This document shows positions 1 through 24,070 of a DNA stretch of 64,000 nt, piece after piece. Origin of the DNA: Bugula neritina (lineage: Eukaryota; Animalia; Bryozoa); assembly GCA_964035545.1 (NCBI GenBank), contig OZ037771.1, forward strand, positions 2,553,628-2,617,627, in the 5' to 3' direction. Both the position numbers and the translations under genes were made by a program. The notes beneath the pieces are model-generated. The model worked only from the letters and a program-made list of their open reading frames with translations, was not told the DNA's origin and searched no databases. Each line of letters starts with the position of its first letter. The stretch's first letter is position 1.

Positions 1-8628
<8,628 letters not shown>

Positions 8629-10469
8629 GAGATCCATAGAAGCAGCTGCACACTTCATATCACTTTAATTGGCAGAATGATGGCACAGCAGCAGCAATAA
8701 ACTATTATACAAATAAGTCTGTTGAAATTAAAGCAATACAATAATTGTATTATATGTCATTAGATATTTGGTTTCAATCAATTTTGTACTTACTAGTACA
8801 TTATTAAATTTATTTTTCAAGTAAATTTATTTTTTTTTAAATTTAGTTATTACAGTATATGTGTTTGATAGTAATTCTCTAATTGTTTCTTTGGTCTTGT
8901 AATTTTGTTGCTAATTATTTTAACTATTATTTGAATAAAAGTGTTTATTTTATATACAGAATTCAGAATATATTATAATAGCTAAAATATTTTTTGTTAC
9001 AACAGTCTGAATAGCAAGGAACTAACACTAGAATTAATTACATGATAAGCAAAGTCTAAATAATGTGAGCTTTTACTGCAATTGGTTTATTATGCATTTT
9101 TCGTTTTTGCAATGATCCAATGATTGCTAGCGATACAAATTGTAGTTAGCTGCAGTATTAGCAATTAATTGTACTGTAGAAATGTTCCATAAAGTGTTTT
9201 TCATTTCAAAGAAATAGAAATTAAAATGCAGGGTATAGAATAAAAAAATGTAAAATATAAAATATAAAAGATAAACTTACTTAATGGCTAAAAGTATTTA
9301 AATGTTTGTTTTAGGAAAAGATAATGACAACTTCCAGTTATCATAATATGAAAAATAATTCATTTGAGCACAAAAGGGACCTTTTTAAAATTCAGTAGAT
9401 GGTAAAAAACAAGCAACATAATCAATTGCTGTAACGTGTTAATTTCTTGCCATATTTGAGTAAAACTTCACACATTTTTTTAGAAGGCATGAAGAAGATT
9501 CTAGTAAGAAAAAGTAGTGTTTTATGGTTATGCATGGCTTGCATAAAATGGCTTGCATGATTACTTCGCTTTTCATATTGATCAAATACACAAAATGCAG
9601 ATCTTAAAAACTATTGATAGCTGCCTACTACTTTAGTTGCATAAAATATGCTGTAACAAACTTACAGAAATTATAACATGCTACCTAATTTAATTCTTGT
9701 TGACAGAAAATGAGATTTTGCTCATCTATCATAGGAAAATTTGCGCTGGTGAAAACCATAACAACAAAGATGAATTTTTTACAGTACAAGTCATTATTAA
9801 AACTTGAGGTTTTTGTAATAAACTCTTTTGGCCTCAAAAAAATTTGCAAAGCATATAAATATTTACTACATTTCTTGGTAAAAAGCTGTAAAAATTAACC
9901 TTTTTGCACACACCTTACTTCATAAATAAATTGGACTTAAAACATCTACTACATTGTATGTATTTCTTTTAGGTATAATTGATTATATGCTTATGCTATT
10001 TCAGATGTTTTATTTATAAGTAACTAAGTTTCAAAATTATCATATTGCAAGGTAGAACTTTTGCTAAACATTTTTTAAAGGCTATATTCATGATGAATGG
10101 TTCATCTGGTAAAATTATTATCTTGTTATTTAGTAATTTGATAGTTAAGATTTTATTTTCATTCCCATCAATAATCATTTGATTTATCTGTAAAGATATA
10201 TATGTGAACCTAAATGCATATAACAATAAATTTAGCATGGACAGGTGGCAAGTTTGGCTAGTTTATCCTGGAATTTATGAGTTATTAAACTGGATATATT
10301 GGTACTATTTGTCAAGAGATAAATTATAATACAACTTTTACATGTGTCACGCCATTAAATTCATTTATTTAGCTTCGAAAGTTGTTTTATTATTGCCTCT
10401 GCATCGGGCTGTATGGGAAACATAACCTTTCCTATACCTTGACCAATTAGTTTTGCGCAGCTGTTGTGA

Positions 10470-10576
10470 GGAACGTAGTAAGATTAGGATTACATTGGCA
10501 CTCTTCAGAATTTGACACTGCAAAGTTCAAACTATATAAGTACATCTACTGGACCATTGTTCATTCTGAGGTAAGT
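10470..10576 (+). promoter_or_regulatory. Putative non-coding first exon / promoter-proximal block of ABCC gene B
   Basis: Strong donor gag|gtaagt at 10571. Blocks gtagtaagattag..ttaca..ggcact and tacatctact are conserved upstream of gene C (reverse complement, ~42820-42950). Confidence 0.45.
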
Positions 10577-10903
10577 TATACGGTTCCTATATTCTACTAA
10601 ATCTATTTGTTTAATCATTTTCAATTGCAACTACGAAGATAGTAGCATTGCATCCGGATTAGTTAGTTTGTATTTGTTTATGAATTCATTGAGTAGGTGG
10701 GTATCATAGTCTGGAAGTTGGTATAGTAATATATTTTGCTTGGCTTGGTTGCGATGTTAGCTCCAGCTCTTATCTTTATCAGTAAGGGGAGTGTTGCCTC
10801 CAGGTTGAGGTATTGTACTAAACTCTAAAGTCTTGGCTCTGGAGGTCACAACCTCTGTTTCTTAACTGTGCTTTTTTGCTTTTCTGCATCCCTTTTCTAT
10901 GCA

Positions 10904-10982
10904 CTCTCTCCCTCCCTCCCTCCCTCCCTCCCTCCCTTCCTTCCTCCCTCCCTCCCTCCTCCCTCCCTCCCTCCCTCTCTCC

Positions 10983-11062
<80 letters not shown>

Positions 11063-11070
11063 TTCTCTCT
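10904..11070. repeat. (CCCT)n/(CT)n microsatellite upstream of first coding exon of gene B
   Basis: Directly visible; explains the low-complexity ORFs at 10862-11195. Confidence 0.97.
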
Positions 11071-11778
11071 GCACACCAATTTTCTTACACACCCATCAGA
11101 TCTGGTATAGCTTTGACACAAGTCACACACACTATGTTAGATTAATTTCAATTGATAATGCTGCTCCTTCAGAGAGAATAGCAGTTTATGAATAAATCGG
11201 CATTGTAATATAGCCTTTACAAGGTTATTGAAGCATCTATTGGGATGTATACTAAACAGAATCTGATGGCTGACAGAGAAACCTTGCTGACTGAGTCTGG
11301 TTGTAATGGTGAGACAGAGTCAGCCGGCTGGTTGGTCAACTTGCAAGGATATGATAAGAAAAGTAAAGAATTTGAATACAACGAATGGAAGCATCTTATA
11401 CCATTTAGAGCTATTCCCAAGTATGATCTAAAAATATGTACTAATTATGTAGTTTTAATTTCATGACTCTTTGAATGTAGCTTATAGGGTTTTGGTAAAA
11501 TATCTGCTTTTATAAGTTATTATAATTGCTTTAATAGCTGTTAGCAGTTAGAAATATTTAGAAATAATCTTTTCTTGCTTGCTCAGCTTTCAACGTGCAA
11601 GTATATGTCATTTGACTTTGCAGAGATATCCAGACTCTCCCAATGCTACACGCAGGATTGCTCAGTTTTGCTACACTTCATTGGCTTAATGGGTTCATCT
11701 ATAAAGCATACAAGAAAGGACTGAGGAGGAGTGACTTGTATGAAACAGCGTGGAAAGATTCTGCGGAGTACAACTCTC

Positions 11779-12300
11779 AAATGTAGGTCAAATATCACAG
11801 TATATGTACGTCAAACACTGCAATATATGTATGTTAAACACCACAATATATGTAGATAAAACACCACAATATATTTAGGTCAAAAACCACAACATATGTA
11901 AGTTAAACACAATATAAGTAGGTCAAACAACACAATATATGTAGGTCAAATACTACAATATATGTAGGTCAAACACCACAATATATGTAGGTCAAACACC
12001 GCAATATATGTAGGTCAAGCAAAGCAAGATATGTAGGTCAAATACTACAATATATGTAAGTCAAACACCACAATATATGTAGGTCAAACAACAAAACATA
12101 TGTAGGACAAACACAACAATATAAGTAGGTCAAACACCACAATATAATATGTAGGTTAAACACCACAATATATGTAGGTTAAAAACCACAATATATGTAG
12201 GTCAAACACCACAATATATGTAGGTCAAACACCACAATATATGTAGGTCAAACACCACAATACAATATGTAGGTTAAACACTGAAATAGGAGTAAGTCAA
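11779..12300. repeat. ~23-bp minisatellite (ATATGTAGGTCAAACACCACAAT)n beginning at the exon 2 donor of gene B
   Basis: About 22 imperfect copies; the first unit contains the splice junction at|gtaggtc. Confidence 0.92.
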
Positions 12301-15300
12301 TCACATTAGAATCAGATCAAGTGATAAACCAAATGTAGATCAAAAATAATTAACTCATTTTTTCATGTGCTTATTATTTGTAAAATTTCATTTTTCTTTT
12401 TGCATAAAGCATTTAATAGTTAAACTATACTTATCTAATAAATAGAGCCTATTTATAGTAAAAAGTTAGTTTGGCTCTATTACTAGGTTCTCATCAATTT
12501 CTAATACCCTAATTTTTCAAGCAAAACAATTTAAAGTGCATTAAGTGACAAGTGGCAAGTGACAACTTCATGAATTGATGTTATAGATCGAAAATATTTA
12601 TGTGCTGAGCAATCATTTAGTTTGAAATAATCCAAAAAAATGACTGCTAATCCTTCATATAAATTGGTAATTTAGGATGAAATATCAATCAAGCTTAGTA
12701 CTAGTAGATAATAAACAACTAATTGCATGCATTCCTAATGTGAAAAATTATCTACTTTTAAATTTTGGTCAGTTTTCTCAACTGCATTGAACAGCAATTT
12801 TCCTGCTATAATAAATGCTAAACTACACTGTCTTGTATAAGACATATATCATGTTTGTAGATATGAGGCTCAATGGAAGAAGATGCACATGTCTTTCTGT
12901 ACCTCTCCTGACAAGAGATCGCCATCTGTATTCAGTTTGATTATGAAAATCATTCAGACCAGGCTTATTTTGGCTACTATATGCTGCATTCTTTTCAACA
13001 GTATAACGGTTTTACGATCAGTAAGCAAATATAATTTTAGTGTTGCAATCCTAACTTATATAAGTGAGATTCTTAAATTTTTTTACTGCAAATTATTTCA
13101 TCAAAATAAGGTAAAAAGTTGTATTACTATAAAAAATTCTTGCACTTGTTGTAGATGAATAAAGTTGTTTATTCTAGCTTCTTATAGTCTTGAGTGAAAC
13201 AGTTTGGTAACTCTTACAAACAAATGCTGAACAACTCTGTTCTATGAAGTGTGTTCTATTGTTGCAGATTTATTTCCTCCAAAAAATGATCATATTGATT
13301 GAATCTCCTGAAGATAATCTGGACATGCAAATAGTCTATTTACTGCTCATTGCTGGTTGTTCCATAGCTAGGGCTATTCTCTACTCTCTGTGCGCTTTGA
13401 TTGTATCTTTTGCAGGTAAATCTAATATATACAATAACATAATGATTGTCTCTTTTGCAGGTAAATCTAGATAAAAAATAATGTTTTAATACAATATTTG
13501 TAAATAAAATATAGCTAGTGCTTATCTGGTAAAATAGTAGCATGGCCAACAAATAGCAATTCATGGAGGCAGACAGATTTAAATTAAAAATTTTATAGCT
13601 TGCAATGTTAAAAAGTTCTTCTCCAGCTGCAACTTGATTGAAAAGAGTCTTCTACTGAGCGAATTAGATTTTAAGCACACACCAACACCCAGTTTAAGTC
13701 AACCATTGTTTTAACAGTTTACATTGCTAGTAGCAATATATCTAGATTAACTGGCCAAGTGTTAAAAATGAAGAAGGAGAAATATCAGTTTCATTTTATT
13801 TTAGCTGCCAGAGCAAGAGCAGGAGTTCTGTCCCTTGTATTCAAGAAGATTCTTAAGCAGCATAACCACAATACAACAGTGGGACAGGTTAGTACAACTA
13901 AGTACTATAAATGTGTACAAGAACAGTTTATAACAATTTCATTGTTACAAACCATTAAAACTATCTAAAGAGATAAAAAAGATAAATCAATTTTCAATAT
14001 AACAGATTGAAAGATGTTGTTTTGTTAAGAGACAATGTTTTACATTTCACAGCTGGTGAACCTGTGTGCCAATGATGGACAGCGGATATTTGACTGCATC
14101 ATGTTCGCAGTGTATGTGTTTGGCAGTGTGCCAGTAATTGGTGTTGCTGTGTACAGCGTTTATCTGCTAGGAATCTGGGGAATCTGTGGAATTGTTATTT
14201 ACATCAGCTTCACTCCTCTCCAGGTATCAACATGTATCAGCATGTGTCAGTTAGTATCTATAATAGTAGCTGGTGTCAGTAGGTGTCTAAATATTAGTTG
14301 AGTATTGAAGTTACTACTGTAGTAATTATTCCTGTAGTCAACAACAGCCAATTTTGGCAAATGGCCTCTGCCAGTATCATTATATACTTTTGAAAATTCT
14401 AAATTTAGCTTTCAGTGCAGTAAATTTCATTTCAAATAATTTTTTTTAGCATATTTATCTTTTAATTTTCCACTGCACTTTAAATTAATATTTTATTACT
14501 GAAACTCTAAAGTATATTCATTTAACTTTGAGTGCTCTTAGTTTTATTTCCTATCAAAACAGTTTGATAATGTAATATTTAGGTTATTTGCAATAAATTC
14601 CTACCAAAGTGTTTTTAGAAGCCTTCAAAATTTATGATTAGATTAGATTAAAACTGTGTTGCATCTTTGAAGAAGGTTTTATATATTTAGGTACTGCTAT
14701 CAAGATTAGTGTTCAAATATCGAGTCAAAGCGATACCCATCACAGAAAAAAGAGTGAAGCTGATTAGTGAAGTAATCACAGCAATGAAACTGGTCAAAAT
14801 GTATGCCTGGGAAAAAGCTTTTGCTCAAAAGGTTTTAGGTATATATTCATGTAGCTCTAAAAGGGTCAAGCATTTTATTAAAGGTTCAAAATAAATTTCC
14901 TTGCTTTACTGAACAATAAAATTAAAATTTCTGCAGAAATTCGGAAGAAAGAAAAGTTGGCGATTGTGATGTCACTCATGGCGCAAAGTGCCTCGTCAGC
15001 TTTACCAGTTCTGCTGCCAATAGTAGCTGCTACTTTCACACTGTTAGTTATGACTTTGACAGGAAATGACATCACTGTTACTAAGGTAGCAAAAACCTTT
15101 TTGTATAGGTTTGGCTAGTTTCTTTTTAAAAAGTAACTGTGTTATTAAGCAGCCAGTTAATGATGGTTATTGGAACAATGATTTTCTATCTCTATAAAAA
15201 AAGTTAAAAATTGCATATTTACAAGTGAAGAAGCATGTTTCTTAAATTAATCATCTAACCAGTGTTATGCAAAACATTTCCTTTTCACTGATTGATCATA

Positions 15301-16581
15301 CACAAACATTAGCATTCGTACTGTTCCGATACCAGAATCAAACATAAGTGACGCTAGACTACTAAGACATTTTTTTCGCAACCAACATAATATTTTGAGA
15401 TAGTTCTTATAAATATACTTGTTTGTTGTAGTCATTTGTGTACATCTCAATGTTAAATTCACTGATTTACCCCATATTATCCTTGCCCATTGGCCTAAAG
15501 TATCTAGTGGAAGGTTACCATGCCTGCTGGCGAGTTGAGGTAAGCATTATATTCATAAAAAACACATTGCATAGAGGGAGGGGGTCAATATAAGTAAATT
15601 TATCTTATTAATATCTTCTAGACTGTGCATTTTGCGTAATGCATTATTGCAATCTCAGATATGCTGCATCTTAATGAACAACATTCACATCTAAGCTTTA
15701 GAAAATAGTAATATATAAAAATTCTGCATCATTTTAAGAAATACATGAGTTATTTACACTTTAATTTATTTACGCCATAAAGCAAAGATATAAGAAAATG
15801 TCCACAGTCTAAACAAAAATTTAAAACAATATATATTCAGAAGTTACTGGCAATGCTGTAGGCACTGCTTTCTCTTAAAGACATGACATTGAAATTATCT
15901 CCCCCTCTTAATTCCAACAATGTACTGGAAATAAGAAGTGGATATTTTGGGTGGGAATGTCAACCAGATGCTTATGGTATGTTATATTAAATATTAATTT
16001 AGAGTTTTCATTTTACACATGTTTTATAACTAGATATATATAATATTGTATTGCAGCTTGAATATAAAATATTTCTTGATATAAATTTCATCTGCAGATA
16101 CAAAGTCCTTTTCAGTGGTGAATCAGATTATCATTGAGCTATTAATTTTATGTTTCTTTCCTTTAGTTTTTAATAAATTCTCTCTAGCCATGAAACATAA
16201 TGCATGATTGCAAATCATGGTATAATATGCAGCAATGTCAATATTATATTGTAGTATTAATATTAATTATAATAACCAATGTACAGTCTTTAAAAGATAA
16301 GAAACTTTGTGAATAGCTGAGTATATAATCTTCATAATGTATTAGTAGTATCCAATATCATAATAGATTAGCTTGGTATTGTAGAGTCTGTTGAAAAGAA
16401 GCAAAATGTCTCAAAATCAGCTTCACTGAATGAACAGGAAATGGAAAAACGGCCATTGTTTAATGAAAAGGAGGAAAATCATTCATCAACAATTGTAATT
16501 TTAAGAAACATTACAATGAATTTAAGGAAAGGAAGTCTCGTAGGTGTGTGTGGTACTGTGGGAAGTGGTAAAACATCTCTC

Positions 16582-16826
16582 ATACAATCTATACTTGGTA
16601 TGGTAAGTTGATACAAGTTATACTTGGTATGATACAAGTCATACTTGGTATGGTAAGTTGATACAAGTTATACTTGGTATGGTGAGTTGATACAAGTTAT
16701 ACTTGGTATGGTAAGTTGATACAAGTTATACTTAGTATGGTAAGTTGATACAAGTTATACTTAGTATGGTAAGTTGGCACAAGTTATACTTGTGTTATTG
16801 TGAGTTAACACAAGTTGCACTTGGTA
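16582..16826. repeat. 29-bp minisatellite (ATACAAGTTATACTTGGTATGGTAAGTTG)n spanning the exon 11 donor of gene B
   Basis: About 8 copies; each unit is the last ~20 nt of the exon plus gtaagttg. Confidence 0.92.
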
Positions 16827-17191
16827 CCCTCAGACCATGTAAAGTGTAAAACTTCTCGCTCTGATTGTCTTGAGTTTAATATTCATCTGGTATTTATAGC
16901 TTCTGTACAACTAGCAACTAGAATTTGTTTTCTGTATAGTCTATGAGCTAATTTAACCATTTAATTTATATTTTCAAGATGAAGATAGAAAGTGGAGAAA
17001 TAAGATTAAATACATCTAAACATATAGCCTATGTACCACAGCAAGCTTTCATAATGAATGCCACTGTTGAGGAGAACATTACATTTGGGACAAAGTTTAA
17101 CCGAAAACGGTAAATATCTGAAATTTTGTTATTTTAAAAGTACATTACATTTATACCATACTATTAATGAATAATGAAATAAGTTAAGTAA

Positions 17192-17437
<246 letters not shown>

Positions 17438-20400
17438 TAAATATATTCAATTAGTAACTAAAATCATATCATCACCTATTTAGTGCATATAACTAGATGT
17501 GTTAATTGCAGGTACAATCATTTTACTCGAAAGCAAACAAAGTTGAAGCTGTTAAAAAATTAGTTGCTTAGATAAATTAATGTTATTATAATATACCTGC
17601 TTACTATTATATATTGTAGCATAACACATTATATTTATTATATCTATATAGCATATTATATTTAGGCCTATTATTTTATTTTTAGCGAGGCAGACATAAT
17701 TCTTCTTGATGACCCGCTGTCAGCAGTGGATGCTCTGGTAGGTCAGCATATCTTTACAAACTGTATAAAGGATCTGCTGGATGACAAAACAGTTCTCTTT
17801 GTTACTCACCAACTCCAGGTAAACTTCACTATAACATGTTTTCTAATGGTTTATATATATTATACGTGGTATATAATAAAGTAATATTAGAAGAAGCAGC
17901 TGTGATCTGTAGTGGATAAGCTTAGTGTGGTTAAGTTATAATATATAATAATATATAATTACTGCTTTTCTAACATTTCTTTGATAACTTGAGAATAACT
18001 GTTTTGTTTTTTGAAATTTTTACCAAAAATAATATTTTGGATCAACTTTTATTCACTGAACAAGTAAAACACTGGAGTTATTCCATAGTTACCTAATATA
18101 GTTATTTATAAAACTGATAAATGTTCAGAAGGAATTAACTGAGTCACACTTAAATAAATATTATTATGATTGTAGTTTTTACCAGAGTGCGACTATGTGT
18201 TGGTGATGAAAGATGGTCAGATTACTGAAGAAGGAACTCATGAGAAGTTAATGAATTATGATGGAGAATATTTTAATTTAATCAAATCATTTCATAGCAG
18301 TGAGGAGCAGACAGAGGCAAACGATTTGAACCAATCAGATGCTACAATCAGAGGTGAGTGTTTATTTTTTGTGGCAAGTGATATAAACTAAATCTTTGAA
18401 CACATTTTTCAATAGATTTTAAAGCTAAAATTCACTCTATAAATAAGTTATTACATTTTATAATTCAACAAAACATTTTCTTGTTTGTAGCAAGAAAGCT
18501 AATATGACTCAATAGTTTTTAAGAAAGTTCTCTGCCTGTTTCAACAATATACATATTTTATTTTTTTGACTCGACTGCATAAATTTTGTCTTTGCCAATT
18601 TGCAGTGGAAAGATTTAAGAAAGAAGATGGAATTTCTGCTGATATGGTAAAGTTTACGCTTCAACTTGTTTTGATGAGAATTTTGTAAATTTTTAAATAT
18701 TTACTTCAATTTTAGATATTTCAATCAATTGATATCAATCTCAATTACTTCATACAAATGATGTGAGTTCACTCAGTTAGCTCAATATTTAGAGCCATTA
18801 TTTAAGACAGTGACTCAATTTAGTCTTTTTGTCTGGAGAAATATAGAGGTCCATTGTGCTTATATAAACGTCTTGCAAACACAAAGTGTTATTAGGGTGC
18901 AAAACTGTATAACATATCATCAAATTTCTTTGTCGTAAAATGTGCTACAGTAGCAAAAAAAATGTGTTGACGAAAATTCATTATCTACAAGAAAAGCTTT
19001 GCTATGTATTATTATTATTATTGCTTTATCGCCACGCTGTTAATTATTCTTAAGGCAAAAAGCTACCTTAGCCTGTATAGTAATGGACTATAATTAAAAT
19101 CCATGTCACACTTGAAAATAATATGTGATAGTAGGCGCATTCTTCAATTACAGCCAAGGTGAGACACAAACAAACTTAATAAAACATTTAGCCTACATAG
19201 AATTAGATTATGATACTTTGTAAGTATACATATGTATTGCCATACTCTTTTCTTAATTGTACTATAATGTAACTATGTTACAAATATTGAGTTTTAGATA
19301 TATAAGCCCTTCAATTACTCACATTATTTACTGTAACATAATATTGTAGGATCAACACAAAAGTCTGTTTGAAATGTCTCAAAATGTGGACAGTATCGAA
19401 ATGGTTGCTACAAAGATTCAAAACAATAGTAGCAATAGTACTTCAGGTATTTTTGTATGTTTTGCTTAAAAAAATGGTTCAAGGTTGTCAAGCAAAAAAA
19501 GAAAATTTTAACAATGGCAACGATAATAATTATATACTATTTAGATTTAAATTATCTTTGGTGAAGACAACTCAAAAGATACAAAAGAATATTGCAGTAC
19601 TCACTGAATGTACATTTATGTTGTAGGGAAACTCACTCAAGAGGAGAATATAGATGATGATAAGGTGGATTTGTCTACCCTACGAAGTTATCTGCAAGCT
19701 GGAGGTGGAGCTTGTATAACTGCACTAGTATTACTTTTTATTCTCACATCTATAGCTTTACAGACGTTTTCCAGCTATTGGCTTTCATTGTGGCTCAAAG
19801 ATGGGTCTGGGGTGAGCAACAAGTATAAAAAATTACGTAAGAATTTTACCGCAAAGCTGTAAATTGTACAGACAAAATATTTTTAATCCACAAGTATGCT
19901 TGCACAAATTTCATGCTAGAATGCAGAAAGTCATCATTTTAATTTGTACAAATGAAGAAATGCATGTTCTTGTTTTGACATGTTCCTTTATATTTTCAGG
20001 GTGGGTACTGGAACCAGACTGAGGTTGTAAATGGGTCTGTGACATTTCAGCTTGTTTCTTCAAACAGCATCTTGGATAATTCCAAACTATCTTTCTATCA
20101 GCTAGTATATGGATGTGCCTTAGTCTTGGTTATAGTATTTACTGTTGCCAATTCCTACAGCTTTGTTATAGTGAGTCGAACTTATGCAATTCTACTGTTT
20201 TCACTTTCCTTGTGAGTCATGAATCACAGTTATCTCCCTAAGCCATGTGTTTGAACTCTGACAGAGCATATTAGTTATAAAGAGCAAAATTGGGTTTAAT
20301 TCCTCTCGTACCAAAGCATTGTCATTCTCCATTTAGAAACTCCTACCACCAGGGTTTTTCACTGGAATAAATATTTTATAAAACATGAGTTTTAAATCAA

Positions 20401-21313
20401 AGCTGCAACATACTTCCAAACTTTTAAGTATTTCAAATTTTTTCAATAAAAATCTTGTAACCCAAAATCTGTAACAGTTTGAAAATTTTTTTGTAATTTT
20501 CTTTTACTATTTTATGACACTGAACTGTAGCTGTTTAATTCCTATCTACAATATTTAGTTTACATTATATTCAGTTTTTTTAATTGTAATATTTTTTCAT
20601 GTTGGGATAAAAATATATTATATGTGTTAAACTTTATTTTCATAATGAAAAATTTCTCATTTCCTCATAGTTTTGTTTGGAAGCTTCAACCTCTCTCCAT
20701 GACAAAGTATTCAGAAAGCTGCTAACTGCACCAATGAGCTTCTTTGATGTCACACCGTGTGGTCAGATTTTAAACAGATTCTCTAAAGATACAGACGAAG
20801 GTGAATATATACCAGCATTCTATTGGCCAGTTAGTCTTAATGCAGCTTCTGTATAAGAACATAACAGTTATTGCCACTAAACTGAAGCTTGATTAAACTA
20901 AATCTGGCAAAGACTATATTTTCGTTGGTCTATTAACAATCAGGATTGCGAATAGTGTGCGTTTGCCTGGGAATATGGCTTAATTATTTTATAGAGCTTA
21001 TTTTTTATTAATATTTTTAGTTTAGGAGCTGTATTAGTTCAATCAATTTCAGACATCTATTTTGTAACTTTTGATGTATTTTTCGAACTTCAACTGCAGT
21101 TATTGAATTAATTTGCAGCGGACACCATGTTGACAGCAGAGGCTGACATGCTGGTTAAAAACACCAGTTATATTGTCATATCCCTGGCTATTATAATCCT
21201 GGTCTTCCCTTGGTTCAGTCTTGCTGTGGGGATTATATTTGGAGTTTTCTGCTTACCATACAAGTTGTGTAAAGCAGGAATGCAGCTAACTAAAAGGTAT
21301 TTTCAAATCACTT

Positions 21314-21807
<494 letters not shown>

Positions 21808-23596
21808 TAAGCACGCGCACACATATATTCAACTGAACAAGCCAGTAAACTTTGTATTTAACAACGCATACTCTATAAGATATCTATGTTTTGTTACAAC
21901 TCTCTAGGTTAGACAATGTGACGAAATCTACCCTCTTCAGTCATATAGCCATGACCATGAATGGTATTGACACAATAAGAGCCTATAATATGGAAAATGA
22001 ATTTCTCATGCGGTAAATAAAATATAAAAGATAATTTATTTTAAACGTTTATTCTATTTCGCTTGATTATTGAGTTTTTATTGTTTTCACAAAAATATTG
22101 AAGTTTTTAATTCTAAATCAAAAATCTGCAATAAACAATGCAAGTTCCTTTAACACAATATTTTTATACACTTCACCCATGTGCATTTTTTTATTAAAAA
22201 AAATTTGAATAATTTTGGTCCCTCGTCATAAATAGAATTATTGATAATAAAAGACTTTCTACACCTATAGTCAGTTTTTAGTGGCACATCTTATACGATT
22301 ACTTTTAACGAAGTACATTCACATGGCACAAAAATTAAAAATGATAAATAATAAATTACAGTACTTTTTTCTCATCTAATCTATGTCTTAGGTTTAACAA
22401 ACTGCAAGATCAGAACAACATGGCCGCCTTAATGTTTCATACGGTAACTAAATGGGTCAGCTTCCGCCTCGACGTCCTCTCCTTACTCGTCGTCATAATC
22501 ACATTCATCTTCATCAGAATAATTCCACAAGATGTGCTGAGTCCTAGTCTAATGGCTCTGTCATTAGTGTATGCAGTTAATGTAAGTACAAGTATGTTTA
22601 GTACATTCACTTTGAGCTAGGTTACATATTCTTAAGTTGATTCGATACTCATAATGAAGCGTTGGTATTTAGTTGCTAAATTAAAAAAGTTAGTCTGGTT
22701 TATGCGGCTATTAGGTGGCAGACCTGGTGCAGATGTCAGCAAGATACTTGATGAAAACTGGGGCTAGGTTCACATCAGTCAAGAGAATTGTCAACTATAT
22801 TGATGTAAGCTTTATAGCTGACTATAAGCATAACATTACTGTTACACTTGTATAGTATATGTTTTATATTTAATCCTATGTTACATTATTAACAAACTTG
22901 TTAGCAAATGCCTACATTATATTGCTAGTTTGAGGCCATAGCTTTTTCATAAATTGACCTAAAATTAAAGATTCACGTAAATTCATGTCAGTTTTTATGC
23001 TATAATATTTTATAATTATTAGAACAAAGACTTGAAGTATAGACATGATTAATGTAAATTTATGCCTATTCTTTTTTTTTATTAAAAACTTGTATTGTTG
23101 TCCAACAAGTAAATGTTTTTCAATTGACATTCCTTTGTTACTCAACCATAGAACTTGGAGTTTGAAGCACCAGCAGTAGTTGAACACTAGAGACCAGATA
23201 CTGATTGGCCAGAGGGAGGAGCCATCAAGTTTGAGAATGTAGATGTGAGATACAGAGAAGGTCTACCTCTCGTACTGAAGAACATATCATTAGATAAACA
23301 ACCTCGGGAGAAGATTGGAATTGTGGGTAGAACTGGCTCAGGTTTGTATTATTAGCCATTGCTGATTGGTCGACTTGGTTTGTTATACACAGGAGCTTAT
23401 TGACAGATGTGTTGTATAACAAGCTTTATATGCTGAATAATTATGAATATGATGCAGTGTTGTTTTGATACTTGATTCTTTAGAGCTGATGCTTGGCACT
23501 ATTATATAATGTAGAATTTATTATATTATAGATCATATAGGCCACAGGTTGAAATAGAATACAGACTATGATGTATACACTGAACTGAAACTATAT

Positions 23597-23768
23597 AATT
23601 ATAGTTATAGTTATAGTCATAGTTATAGTCATAGTTATAGTTATAGTTATAGTTATAGTTATAGTTATAGTTATAGTTATAGTTATAGTTATAGTTATAG
23701 TTATAGTTATAGTTATAGTTATAGTCATAGTTATAGTTATAATTATAGTTATAGTTATAGTTATAGTT
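23597..23768. repeat. (GTTATA)n microsatellite, intron 25 of gene B
   Basis: Directly visible; absent from the matching intron of gene C. Confidence 0.96.
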
Positions 23769-23830
23769 CAATGGGTGTATACTGCATACTATAGAATGTA
23801 TACTCTGATATGCTGTAGGTAGTGGAATAG

Positions 23831-24070
<240 letters not shown>

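Noticed and set aside
10862-11195. ORFs rich in ER/SL/PPS repeats
   Set aside because: Translations of the (CT)n/(CCCT)n microsatellite.
23188-23190. Programmed readthrough or recoding of the TAG in gene B
   Set aside because: It is a single C>T from the paralogs' CAG, lacks a recognisable readthrough context, and is followed by an independent splice lesion.
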